Part shown: piece after piece, positions 1 to 9,567 of the stretch
Layout of the letters: each line of letters begins with the position of its first letter
Numbering within the stretch: the first letter of the stretch is position 1
Source: Planctomycetota bacterium
GTDB taxonomy: Bacteria; Planctomycetota; UBA1135; UBA2386
NCBI GenBank assembly: GCA_947501605.1
Contig: CANMWZ010000025.1
Location: forward strand, 1-62,551
Direction: 5' to 3'
Length of the DNA: 62,551 bases
Made by a program: the position numbers and the translations under genes
Notes under the pieces: generated by a model
Database searches by the model: none
What the model saw: the letters and a program-made list of their open reading frames with translations, nothing else
Told to the model about the DNA's origin: nothing

Positions 1-248
1 GCTCGCTTCGCGAACGCGCGGGGCGCGACCGACGCCGACGGCGACGGGGCTCCGGGGCTGATGGGCCCCACTGGCTGGGGGCTGGGGCCAGGTTCTCGTC
101 GATTCGGCCATCCTGTTCACCCACACGAGTTCCTGATGCGCCCGAAGTACGTGAGTCCTACAGACTTCGCAAGCCCCTCTTGTCCGCAGCTCGATGGCTA
201 CGGCACCTCAGTCTGTCTGTGTGTGCCGCCTACCGAAGGACGCTGCTC

Positions 249-1151
249 TCACCCCGCATTTTCACCCGTGAGTTCATCCCGCGCCTCGCTCGTCTCCTGA
301 CTGACCTCCACGTCCACGCCCACATCCACATCCCCCGCCGCTTTCGCCATCGCCGCCGCAGCTTCCTTCGCGCGCTGCTTCTCTTCCTCCGCCGTGATCC
401 CAGCCAAAATCTGATCCGCGGTCACTTCATCCCCGCCCTTGTAGGCCAGATGGATCTCGCCAAAACACAGCTCCTGGTGCGCGCGCAAATACCCCTGCTT
501 CATCATTTCCAACAGCGCAATGAGCGTCCCGATGAGCCCATACCTTCCCTCGCTGACATCGAAGATCTCCGCGAACCCGACCTCGCGCTTCTGTTTGAAC
601 TGGGTCAGCAACCTTCGCGTATAGAACCCTACGTCGCGCTTGTCGACCTCGATGTTCATCGTCGCCTGCTGCCCGATCTCCTCGAGCAGCTTGGCGAATG
701 CTGACGTCAGGTCCCAGACCTGCACGTTGCCGATATCGAGTTGGTCGTCGTCCTCGGTGTCCTGCAGTTCCTTCGGCAAGGCCATCACCAGCGGCGTCTG
801 GTGGTTGCGGCGGTCGGCGCGGGATTCCAGTTCGCGCGCCAGGTCGCGATACCGCTTGTACTCCAACAACCTCCGGATCAGGTCGTCGCGCGGATCCAGC
901 TCCTCCTCCAACTCCACCGCCTCTCTCGGCAGTAGTTCGCGCGACTTGATCTCCATCAGCGTGCTCGCCATCACGACGAAGTCGCCGATGTCGTGCAGGT
1001 CCAGCTCACGCAGCACATCCAGATGCTTCAGGTAGTCCTGAAGGATGCGCGCGAGCGAGATCTCGTGAACGTCCACTTCCTGCTGGCGAACGAGGTGCAG
1101 CAGCAGGTCCATCGGACCGGAGAAAACAGGCAGTTGGACGCGGTAGGACAC
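249..1151 (-). CDS. scpA: Segregation/condensation protein A (kleisin of SMC-ScpAB)
   Basis: N-terminal YRVQLPVFSGPMDLLLHLVRQQEVDVHEISL, DFVVMASTLMEIKSRELLP, DPRDDLIRRLLEYKRYR and C-terminal ALLEMMKQG are typical ScpA motifs. Start moved to the GTG at 1151, which has GAGG 8 nt upstream. Acidic C-terminal tail. Confidence 0.92.
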   Translation of the reverse strand: MSYRVQLPVFSGPMDLLLHLVRQQEVDVHEISLARILQDYLKHLDVLRELDLHDIGDFVVMASTLMEIKSRELLPREAVELEEELDPRDDLIRRLLEYKRYRDLARELESRADRRNHQTPLVMALPKELQDTEDDDQLDIGNVQVWDLTSAFAKLLEEIGQQATMNIEVDKRDVGFYTRRLLTQFKQKREVGFAEIFDVSEGRYGLIGTLIALLEMMKQGYLRAHQELCFGEIHLAYKGGDEVTADQILAGITAEEEKQRAKEAAAAMAKAAGDVDVGVDVEVSQETSEARDELTGENAG

Positions 1152-1288
1152 GATCTTGACCTCAGTCGCATGCTCGCAGACCGGGACGCGCCATGGAACT
1201 GCCGTGTGCGCCGATTGCAGGGTGTTCTGCACGGTGGCGAACTCGGCGGCGGAAAGGCGCCGCTGAGGATGCGATACTCTCGACCCCC

Positions 1289-2260
1289 ATGGACCCCAGG
1301 ATCCAGCGTGCGCGCGATGTGATCGCGCGCGAGGCCGATGCCGTCAGGCAGGTAGCGGACCGCCTTGGCGCCGAGTTCTGCCGCGTCATCGAGTTGGTGC
1401 TGGCCCGCAAAGGTCGCGTCGTGACCGCCGGCATGGGCAAGGCCGGCATCATCGCCATGAAGGTCTCGGCGACGCTGGCCTCGACCGGCACCCCCTCCAT
1501 TTTTCTCCACCCTGCCGAAGCCATCCACGGCGACCTCGGCCGCATCGAAGAAGGCGACCTGCTGCTCGCGTTCTCCAAGTCGGGCGAGACCCAAGAACTG
1601 TTGGTCATGCTGCCGCACGTGAAGGCAGCTGCCGTGCCGATCATCAGTGTGACGCAGAGCCGCGACTCGACCCTCGGACGGCACAGCGACATTGTCTTGG
1701 AACTCGGCCCGATCGACGAGGCGGGGCCATACGGCCTCGCGCCAAGCGCCTCGACGACGGCGATGCTGGCTCTTGGCGATGCGCTGGCGCTCGTCGTGCA
1801 GGAGGGGCGCAACTTCGGACCACAGGATTTCGCCCGGTTTCATCCCGGTGGCGATCTGGGCCGCCGCCTCATGCGGGTCGGCGAACTGATGCGGCGCAAC
1901 GAACGCAATCCGCAGGTGCAAAGCGGCGTGACGTTGCTCTCCGCCATCGAAGTCATGACCCGAACGCCCGGACGCCCCGGCGCTACTTCGATCGTCGCCA
2001 AGAGCGGCGAGTTGCTCGGCTTCTTCACCGATGGCGACCTCCGTCGGTTGATCGAACGTGGTCTTGCCGATCCCAGATCCGTGCAGATCGACGACGTCAT
2101 GACCAAGAATCCGAGGCGGATCTCGGACGAGACCTTCGCGCTCGAATCGCTGGGCTTGATGCGCCAGTTCGCCGTCGACCAGTTGCCTGTCGTGGACACC
2201 AACGGTCGCCTCATCGGGTTGCTCGACGTCCAAGACCTGTTGGACCTCAAGATCGGATGA
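1289..2260 (+). CDS. kdsD: KpsF/GutQ family arabinose-5-phosphate isomerase (SIS + 2 CBS)
   Basis: GMGKAGIIA, ASTGTPSIFLHPAEAIHGDLG, SKSGET, APSASTTAMLALGDALA, FARFHPGGDLG, FTDGDLRR. Precedes kdsC. Start set at MDPRIQ. Confidence 0.93.
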   Translation: MDPRIQRARDVIAREADAVRQVADRLGAEFCRVIELVLARKGRVVTAGMGKAGIIAMKVSATLASTGTPSIFLHPAEAIHGDLGRIEEGDLLLAFSKSGETQELLVMLPHVKAAAVPIISVTQSRDSTLGRHSDIVLELGPIDEAGPYGLAPSASTTAMLALGDALALVVQEGRNFGPQDFARFHPGGDLGRRLMRVGELMRRNERNPQVQSGVTLLSAIEVMTRTPGRPGATSIVAKSGELLGFFTDGDLRRLIERGLADPRSVQIDDVMTKNPRRISDETFALESLGLMRQFAVDQLPVVDTNGRLIGLLDVQDLLDLKIG

Positions 2261-2814
2261 GCGTCCAAGGCCAGCAAGGCGGACGGCCCATGCCGAGCCA
2301 GGACGTGTTGGGGCGCATCGAGATGTTGCTGCTCGACGTCGACGGCGTGCTCACCGACGGGCGCATCCATTTCGACCACGAAGGTCGCGAGTACAAGTCG
2401 TTCCACGTGCAAGACGACGCCGGCCTCGTCTACTGGAACCGCACCGGGCACATCTCAGGCTTCTTGTCGGGGCGAGGCGGCCACGTCGTCGAGCAGAAGG
2501 CGCGCGAACTCGGCATCCACGAGGTGATTCTGGGCCGCATTGGCAAGAAAGTCGCATTCGCCGAGATGCTGCAACGACGCGGGATCACCGCCGATCGCAT
2601 CGCTTACGTCGGCGACGATCTACTCGACCTGCCGGTGCTCCAGCAGGTGGGGTTCGCGTGCACCGTGCCAGAAGGTGTCGCCGAGGTGCGTGCGGTTGTG
2701 CATCACGTGACGCGCGCACGCGCCGGCTTTGGTGCAGTTCGCGAAGTGATCGAAGTGCTGCTCAAGGCGCAGGGACACTGGGACGGGATCGTCGCACGCG
2801 GGGGCTTGCCATGA
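2257..2814 (+). CDS. kdsC: KDO-8-phosphate phosphatase (HAD family)
   Basis: LLLDVDGVLTDG, YVGDDLLD, GFGAVREVIEVLLKAQG. ATGA overlap with kdsD. Confidence 0.92.
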   Translation: MSVQGQQGGRPMPSQDVLGRIEMLLLDVDGVLTDGRIHFDHEGREYKSFHVQDDAGLVYWNRTGHISGFLSGRGGHVVEQKARELGIHEVILGRIGKKVAFAEMLQRRGITADRIAYVGDDLLDLPVLQQVGFACTVPEGVAEVRAVVHHVTRARAGFGAVREVIEVLLKAQGHWDGIVARGGLP

Positions 2815-5711
2815 AGCGGCTGCTCGCGTTCTTGATCTTGATGGTCCTTGGGTTCGTTGCACTCAAGCTCGCCGTTGGCAGCGAGCAGATGACGACCAGC
2901 AAGGGCGACGCGCCGTCGCAGCCGACGCCGCAGCAGCCGCGCAACGTCGACAACGACAACCCCATCCGCGTCGACAAACAAGGAACGGAAATCCAGGTCA
3001 GCGGCGCCTTCACCATCGCGCGCATGCGCGAGCTGCCGCGCACGGGTGGTGGCGTCGAACGGCAGAAGGTCTACGAACTGACGTGCCGCAACAGCATGCC
3101 GACCGAAGGCGGTCGCCATCGTCTCGACGACGTGGTGGTGCACCTGTTCGACGACGGCGAGCACGTGGCGACGCTGACGGCAACGCGGGCACTGGTCGAG
3201 ATCGAAGTCGACGACAAGCGGCAGCGTTCGCTGCGCGAGAACCGCGAGCTCGAACTCGAGAACGCACTGCTCACCACGGTGCTGGGCAGCAAGATGCCGC
3301 CGATGCGCTTCCAGGTGCGGCGGCTGCTCGCGACGGTCGATGAGAACGCGGTCACGATGCACACTCCCGACGCCGACGAACCCGTTACCGTCGTCGTCGA
3401 CGGCGACAATGCTGGCGAACTTCGCGGTCTCGGCCTCACGGCGCGACTGCCGCGCGAGCGCGGTCAAGACGGATCGTTGCTCGACCTCGTGATCCAGCGC
3501 AATCCGGTCGTCGTCATGCAGGGAGTGAAGATGCAGGCGAAGAAGCAGATGCACTACCAAGAGCATCTCGCCAGCGGCAGCGCCTGCATCACTCTTGAAG
3601 ACAGTGTGCAAGCAGAGTTGCAGAGCCGGCCGGGCAGCAGTGACGCAGCTCTCGGAAAGTCGCTCGCCGTGACCGGCGATCGCATGGTCGGCTGGTTGCA
3701 GCGCACGCCCAAGAAACTGGGCGCAAAGGCCTCCGAAACGGCCGGCGGCGATGCTCGCGGCGCAATGGTCTGGACCACTCTGCGCCTCCACGGTTCGCGC
3801 GCCAAGGTCACCACCGAGGCTGTCGTGCTCGAGAGCCCGCGCCTCACCGTGATTCCCGGCCCCACTGGGCAGCTGGCGCAGATTACCGCCGATGGCGGCG
3901 ACTCCGAACTGCGCCAACTCGGTGACCGCGCCGCGACGTTTCGTTCGGCGCAGCCGATCCATCTCGTCAGGACTTCGCCATCCCTCGGCGAAGTGCACCG
4001 CGCCTTCGGCTTCCCGAGCTATGGCCTCGGTCTGCTGTCGACGCTCGAGATTGTCACCTTCGAAGGCGCTGCCACAGTCGATGCTGGCGACGGAATCTCG
4101 GTCAGCGCCGACCGCGGTATGTACATCTTTCGGCCGCAGCAGCATGGCGATTCCTCGACGCTGCTCGCTCGCGGTCGCGGCAACGTGCGCGTCGTGCACG
4201 GCGACGGTGATGAGCAGATCCAGGCCACCGGCAACTCAGGCTTCTTCTTGAGCCGCACGGTGACGGGCGACGTGCTCGAACTCGGTCGCGATGATCCAGA
4301 GGCTGAACAGGAGTTCGAACTCACTCGCGGCAAGCTGCGCTTACACGGGCGCGGTGCGGCCCGCGTCACGCGTTCGCTCGCTGGCCGAATGACTGTCCGA
4401 CTTCGCAGCAACACGCCGACTCTCGCAGGCGTGTTTGCCGAACTCGGTCAACCTCTCTACGGCAAGCTGCAGCAGGCCATGACCATCGAAGCTGTCATCG
4501 TCGACAAGTCCATCGAGAGCTTCGTTTCGACCGGCCATGCGACCGAGATCGACATCGTGCACGACGGCCAACCGATCCGCGCCACGGCGTCGCGCATCGA
4601 ACAGCTCTCGCCAGTGTCGTGGCGACTCGATGGCAAGAAGGGCTCCGCCGCGCACCTGCACTACGAGGGCGGGCAGGGCAAGAAGGCAGCTACGCAGACG
4701 ATCGCCGGCGACCTGTCGGCGCCGCGCATCGAAGTGCATCGCATCGCCGAACGCTCCATCTTGCTCGACGCGTTGGCCGACGACACGGGCCGCGCGCGCC
4801 TCGACGCCACGGCACCGGCCCGAACTGACGCCCCGCTCAGCAAGGTCACCACGACGGCCGATCGCATTCGCGTGCTGCCGTGGGCCATCGGCCCGACCAA
4901 CGTGCTGCGCCTGGCTACAGGCCTTCCGGCGGGCGTCCTCGACGTCGTCGCCAACCACCTCGTGCAGCCTTGGCTGTTGGCATCCGGCAGCGTTGTCGCC
5001 GACTTCGAGGATCCACAGAGCGGCGCCGTGCACGCCGAGTCCGCAACTCTGGCGGCCAGCATTGGCGCCCGTTCGATGTTCCTGTCGGGTGATCCCATCA
5101 CAGAAACTCCAGCTCGGTTGCATCGCACCGAGCAGGACCAACGCGTGTTGACCGCCGAAGGTGCGCGCATCCGGTTTGCCGAAGACGACGGCGAGCATGT
5201 GTCGGTGCTCACGACCTACGCTGGCCACAGCCAGATGGTGCCGCCGCGCGTGTCGTTCCGATCGGCGACCAAGGGCGGCGGCAGCAAGCTCGGTTGGCTC
5301 TCCGGCGAGTGCCAAGGCGAGATCGAAGTGCTGCGCGAGGCAGTTCTGTTTCACGGCCCGGTGCAGGTCAGCAGCATCCTCACGGACGGCTCGCGAGATC
5401 CGCAGGGCATGCATGTTGACGCGCGCGAACTGACCATGCGCCGCCACCGCGACACCGGTGAGCTACTGACGGTCGAGGCCGGCGGCGGCGTCACCATGCA
5501 CTGGCGGGACCTGTTTGCGAAGAGCGCACGCATCGAACTCGACCTCCGCTGGCAGCGCTGCATCGCCGAGGATGACAACGGTGCTGAGGTGCGCTTTGGC
5601 GGCGGACGAAGCTACGTCGCACGCCGCATCGAAGCCAACTACGCGACCTACACGGTTCGCAGCTACTTCGGCCGTCTGCAACAAGCCGCGCCCGTAACCG
5701 TCGAGCGATGA
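2811..5711 (+). CDS. Large (966 aa) membrane-anchored beta-strand protein, putative LptC/LptA-like tandem jellyroll LPS-transport protein
   Basis: Single N-terminal hydrophobic anchor MKRLLAFLILMVLGFVALKLAVG. LptC-like first domain and LptA/OstA-like last domain by pattern. ATGA-coupled to kdsC upstream and lptD downstream, the position normally held by lptC-lptA. Confidence 0.62.
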   Translation: MKRLLAFLILMVLGFVALKLAVGSEQMTTSKGDAPSQPTPQQPRNVDNDNPIRVDKQGTEIQVSGAFTIARMRELPRTGGGVERQKVYELTCRNSMPTEGGRHRLDDVVVHLFDDGEHVATLTATRALVEIEVDDKRQRSLRENRELELENALLTTVLGSKMPPMRFQVRRLLATVDENAVTMHTPDADEPVTVVVDGDNAGELRGLGLTARLPRERGQDGSLLDLVIQRNPVVVMQGVKMQAKKQMHYQEHLASGSACITLEDSVQAELQSRPGSSDAALGKSLAVTGDRMVGWLQRTPKKLGAKASETAGGDARGAMVWTTLRLHGSRAKVTTEAVVLESPRLTVIPGPTGQLAQITADGGDSELRQLGDRAATFRSAQPIHLVRTSPSLGEVHRAFGFPSYGLGLLSTLEIVTFEGAATVDAGDGISVSADRGMYIFRPQQHGDSSTLLARGRGNVRVVHGDGDEQIQATGNSGFFLSRTVTGDVLELGRDDPEAEQEFELTRGKLRLHGRGAARVTRSLAGRMTVRLRSNTPTLAGVFAELGQPLYGKLQQAMTIEAVIVDKSIESFVSTGHATEIDIVHDGQPIRATASRIEQLSPVSWRLDGKKGSAAHLHYEGGQGKKAATQTIAGDLSAPRIEVHRIAERSILLDALADDTGRARLDATAPARTDAPLSKVTTTADRIRVLPWAIGPTNVLRLATGLPAGVLDVVANHLVQPWLLASGSVVADFEDPQSGAVHAESATLAASIGARSMFLSGDPITETPARLHRTEQDQRVLTAEGARIRFAEDDGEHVSVLTTYAGHSQMVPPRVSFRSATKGGGSKLGWLSGECQGEIEVLREAVLFHGPVQVSSILTDGSRDPQGMHVDARELTMRRHRDTGELLTVEAGGGVTMHWRDLFAKSARIELDLRWQRCIAEDDNGAEVRFGGGRSYVARRIEANYATYTVRSYFGRLQQAAPVTVER

Positions 5712-8212
5712 ACGTCCGCACCCACAGTCATCGGTTGCTCGTCGCCGTCGCCGCACTCGCTGCGCTGCGCGCACAGGAGCCGATCGGACCGCCCCCGCCA
5801 CGGGCGCCGCTCTACACCTTCGACTGGGCCTTCGGCAGCAGCGGGCCGCAGGACGACTTCTGGGAGACGTACGGTTACGGCGGCTTCCGCTTCCAGTGGC
5901 CGGAACTGTCGCTGGAGATTCGTGGCCGCAACGGTCTGTTGCTATCCGACCGCACGACGATCGAGAAGCTCAACCGGTCCCGCGACGACGACGACGACGA
6001 ACTGCCGCGACGCGAGATCGAGCCGCCCAAGCCGCGACGCGCACTGTCGGCCGAACTGCTGCAGCAACGCGCGGCGCGCTTGCTTGCTGCCGCCGGCAGC
6101 AACGCAAAGGTGCAGCTGCCACCTGGCCAACTCTCCTTCGACGTGCCTCGATTCCTCTACTTCGAGGGCGGCGTGCAGGTCTACCGCGGCGGGGTCGAAG
6201 TGGTGCGCTGTGAGCGCATGTGGATCTCGCCACTCGACGATCGCATCGTCATCGAGGATGCCGAGCTCCGCTGGCAGCAAGTCGACAGCGAGGGCAACCC
6301 TGGCCCGATGTTCGTCGTCCGCGGCAAGAAGCTGATCAAGCAAGGACCGCGTTGGACGGGCCGCGACCTCGAGGTCACGAGTTGCGAGGCTGGCAAGCCG
6401 CATGCGGCGATCGCGAGCGGTGAACTCGAGCTCGTCGAACGCGAAGGTCAATTCGAAGTCTGGAGCCGCGGCAACGTTCTCAAGCTCGGTGGCGAATCGG
6501 TGCTGCCGTTGCCCGACGCCCACTTCTTCAGTGCCGATCAGAGCGGCCTACCTCTGCGCGGCGTTCGGGCCGGCTACTCGAACAGCCAGGGTGTGCGCAC
6601 CGAGATCGACCTAGGCATGCCGATGCAGGACGGCGGCGGAAAGGTGCACGAATGGCTCACCGGCCGGCCGGCGCACGAGTTTCGCGGCGACTGGAACCTG
6701 GGCCTTGGTTGGATCGAGAAGCGCGGTTCGTCCCTGCGCGGCGAGGTCGACTATCGCGGCAAAGACCTCTACCAGGGCCGGACCGAAGCGTTCTACATGG
6801 ACGACGATGGGCCCAACATCCGCGAGATCGTCGACAACATCGACGGCACGCCGATCGACGCCCGCAATCGCAACTTGCTGCGGACCGAGAACCGCGTGTT
6901 CCTCGGCAAGACCAGCAACCTCGACCTCACCGCGTTCTTCGCCGGTGATCCAGCGGTCTACAGCGAGTTCTTCCGCAACGACTACCGCTCGCGCGAGCTG
7001 CCCGAGAGCAGCGTCTATCTGCACCACGCCAGCGACAACGTGCTGGTTACCGCGACGGGGCGCTTCCAGGCCAACGAGTTCTCCTACCGCGATGACCGTG
7101 CGCTCGCGGACGCCTACGTCGAGGAACTGCCGGTCGCCACCGTGCACTGGCTCGCCGAACCGATCGCAACGACGCCGTGGGACACGCCAATCGTGCTCGA
7201 CACCGCGACCGAAGTGGGGCAGCGCCGCCGCGCGATCGACGATCGTTCGACAGCAGGGCTCAGCTCGGACCAGGTCACGCGCGCCGATCAACTCGCCGAA
7301 CTTTCGGCGCCGTTCCACCTGGGCCCGATCACGTTCCGCCCGTTCGCTCAGGGCCGCTTCACTTACTACGACGACACCCAGGACGGCGATTCAGCCGACC
7401 GCGTCGCGATGAGTGCCGGCGTGCGCGCCGGCACGCGCTTCTCGCGCACCTGGAACTGGCTCGACGATCACGGCCGTGAGCAGTCGCTACGCCACGTGGT
7501 GTCGCCGGTCGTATCCGTGATCGATCGCTACCACGTCAGCGGCAACCGCGACCTGTTCGTCTACGACGCCAACGACCAACTGACCGAGCAGAACCTGGTG
7601 CGCTTCGAAGTGCGCAACTTGGTTCAGCGAACGCGCGCGATCGAGAATCGCCCATCGCGCACCGAGGACGTCGTGTTCCTCGACATCGCACAGGACGTGT
7701 GGCCCGACAAGCAGCGCGACAACCAAGGCGAGTCGCTTGGTTTGCTCTATTACGACTTCCTGATCATGCCGCAGCCGCAGTGGTGGCCGACCGAGACGCT
7801 GCAGTTTGGAATCTACGGCGACCACGATTGGGACGACGGGTTGCGCACGCTCGATGCAGAGTTGACGGTGGGCAAGATCGCAGGTCTCGACTGGACTCTT
7901 GACTACCGCACGGACGCTCTCGTCGATGCCGCCGCTGGCATCGGCACCCGCACGCAGCTGCTTGGCAACTGGGACCTCAGCGGCAACGTGATGTACGACT
8001 TCGACAACGACCGCGTGCTGACCTACTACGCGGGCCTGCGGCGCGACGACCACGATTGGACGCTGATGGCCGGGCTCAACTACGACCCGTTCAGCGACGA
8101 GATCACCTTCCGGATCGAGGTGCAGCCACGCCTTTTCGGTAGCGGTCGTCAGCGCGGAGCTGGCTCGTTTGGCCTGCTTGGCGACGATCGCAGGTATCCG
8201 TCCGGATACTGA
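5708..8212 (+). CDS. lptD: LPS-assembly outer-membrane protein LptD (organic solvent tolerance OstA family)
   Basis: Signal peptide ending LRA|QE, N-terminal jellyroll (FEGGVQVYRG...VTSCEAGKPH, like the LptD TTC..P motif), long amphipathic beta-barrel C-terminus, 834 aa, located in the kds operon. Confidence 0.8.
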   Translation: MNVRTHSHRLLVAVAALAALRAQEPIGPPPPRAPLYTFDWAFGSSGPQDDFWETYGYGGFRFQWPELSLEIRGRNGLLLSDRTTIEKLNRSRDDDDDELPRREIEPPKPRRALSAELLQQRAARLLAAAGSNAKVQLPPGQLSFDVPRFLYFEGGVQVYRGGVEVVRCERMWISPLDDRIVIEDAELRWQQVDSEGNPGPMFVVRGKKLIKQGPRWTGRDLEVTSCEAGKPHAAIASGELELVEREGQFEVWSRGNVLKLGGESVLPLPDAHFFSADQSGLPLRGVRAGYSNSQGVRTEIDLGMPMQDGGGKVHEWLTGRPAHEFRGDWNLGLGWIEKRGSSLRGEVDYRGKDLYQGRTEAFYMDDDGPNIREIVDNIDGTPIDARNRNLLRTENRVFLGKTSNLDLTAFFAGDPAVYSEFFRNDYRSRELPESSVYLHHASDNVLVTATGRFQANEFSYRDDRALADAYVEELPVATVHWLAEPIATTPWDTPIVLDTATEVGQRRRAIDDRSTAGLSSDQVTRADQLAELSAPFHLGPITFRPFAQGRFTYYDDTQDGDSADRVAMSAGVRAGTRFSRTWNWLDDHGREQSLRHVVSPVVSVIDRYHVSGNRDLFVYDANDQLTEQNLVRFEVRNLVQRTRAIENRPSRTEDVVFLDIAQDVWPDKQRDNQGESLGLLYYDFLIMPQPQWWPTETLQFGIYGDHDWDDGLRTLDAELTVGKIAGLDWTLDYRTDALVDAAAGIGTRTQLLGNWDLSGNVMYDFDNDRVLTYYAGLRRDDHDWTLMAGLNYDPFSDEITFRIEVQPRLFGSGRQRGAGSFGLLGDDRRYPSGY

Positions 8213-8322
8213 GGCGGGTGAAACCGGTTGGCGAACCTACGTTGGCCCAACTTGCGCGTTGCACTTGACCGCGCAGGTCTGGAACGCCCGCTGTAGGGCT
8301 CGCGCCGTGGTCCGCAATCGCA

Positions 8323-9522
8323 TCACCAGACCCCGACGATCGTGGCATTGGAGTTCAGCACGGCGAGCGTCTGCGGGTGCAGGGCAAAAGCCTGCACGCC
8401 AATCCACTGGCCCTTCGGAATGCTTGGCGGGACGACGAACGAGCGGCGGAGGACACCGGCTGACGGCGCGACAGCGAGGCCGGTCCACACGAGGTTGGGG
8501 TCGAGGTAGACAGGGCCCAGGATGTTGGTCCACGGGGACGTCAACAAGGGCGCCATCGCGAGGAACGTCAGTGTCGCGGCAGGCTGGGATTGGTCGATGT
8601 GGATCGTGTTGCCGACGGTCGATGTGGCGATGCCGGTTCGGGGGGTCACGATGTCCCGGGGACCGGGATTGATGCCGTGAGGGAAGATAGTAGAGGCATC
8701 GTAGTAGATGTAGTAGCTGTTGTCCCACGCTTGGATGTCCTGGCATGCACCAAAGCTGCCTGATCCACCCTCAATGCGACAACTCCCGCTCAGCTGCACG
8801 ATTGAACTGCCGATCAGCATCAGACCGGCGCTACAAGTCAGCGGGTTCGAAGCAGACGCACTCCCACCAATCGCTGTGCACGCATTCATGTGCACTTCGC
8901 AGTTGTCCACCCAGGCTCCGGGCTGGCCGTTGCTGTACTGCGACCCAGCTTTGGTCAGGAGTGTGTCGCTCATCATCACCTTGCTCTGGCGGAAAGTAAA
9001 ACGACCCTCTCCAAGCAACAGCGAGCAACCCTCCAACACAATAAGACTGCAGTTGGACCAAATCGTCTCGAAGAATATGTTGTAGCCCGTGAATGTCACT
9101 CCACGGAAAACGACAGCGCCACCATTGTTCGACAACTGGAAGCTCATACCGATGAATGGGGCGTACCCGAAAGTGACGTTCGATACGATCATGGCAGAGG
9201 TAGTCGGAACCCCACTGACTCCACCCCACCCCGTGATTTGCACGGGGGGGATGCCAGCGCCCGACTCGCCGTAGATGGTCAGCCCCTTTCCCTGCACGGT
9301 CGGGGCCGCGTAGTAGTCCGAAGCAATCGCCTGACCTGAGGTCGCGCGCAGGAGGATCAGGTCACCGTCCGCAGCCGCCGTCACCGCGGCGGGCAGGTCG
9401 GTGAAGTCTGCCCCCGGGCGGTTCCACCGATCGACCGTCCACGTGCGCTGGGCGACGACGGCGGAGGTCAGAGTGGCGAACAGGAGCAGCAGTGTGAACC
9501 ACATGCGGATGGCGATCATCAT
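8323..9522 (-). CDS. Secreted protein, probable right-handed beta-helix (pectin-lyase-like) with C-terminal beta domain
   Basis: Signal peptide (VVA|QR); ADFTDLPAAVTAAADGDLILLR cap motif; Gly/Asn/Cys-rich short strand repeats; GAGGT RBS upstream. Confidence 0.7.
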   Translation of the reverse strand: MMIAIRMWFTLLLLFATLTSAVVAQRTWTVDRWNRPGADFTDLPAAVTAAADGDLILLRATSGQAIASDYYAAPTVQGKGLTIYGESGAGIPPVQITGWGGVSGVPTTSAMIVSNVTFGYAPFIGMSFQLSNNGGAVVFRGVTFTGYNIFFETIWSNCSLIVLEGCSLLLGEGRFTFRQSKVMMSDTLLTKAGSQYSNGQPGAWVDNCEVHMNACTAIGGSASASNPLTCSAGLMLIGSSIVQLSGSCRIEGGSGSFGACQDIQAWDNSYYIYYDASTIFPHGINPGPRDIVTPRTGIATSTVGNTIHIDQSQPAATLTFLAMAPLLTSPWTNILGPVYLDPNLVWTGLAVAPSAGVLRRSFVVPPSIPKGQWIGVQAFALHPQTLAVLNSNATIVGVW

Positions 9523-9567
9523 GCACCTCGTCTATGAAGACTATGTTTTAACGGGGGTAGCAACGCC

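Noticed and set aside
1..111. Minus-strand ATG at 111 open to the window edge (MAESTRTWPQPPASGAHQ...), where scpB might be expected
   Set aside because: Only 37 codons are visible and they carry no recognisable ScpB motif; cannot be supported.
305..335. Imperfect 6-bp repeat (ccacgt/ccacat) in the scpA 3' end
   Set aside because: In-frame, encodes the low-complexity VDVGVDVEV tail; no frameshift potential.
5347..5356. TGTTTCACGG, resembling half a parS site
   Set aside because: Half-site only and inside a CDS; no full TGTTTCACGTGAAACA-like palindrome was seen in the window.
5983..6000. (GAC)n run in lptD
   Set aside because: Triplet repeat encoding poly-Asp; length change would not shift the frame.
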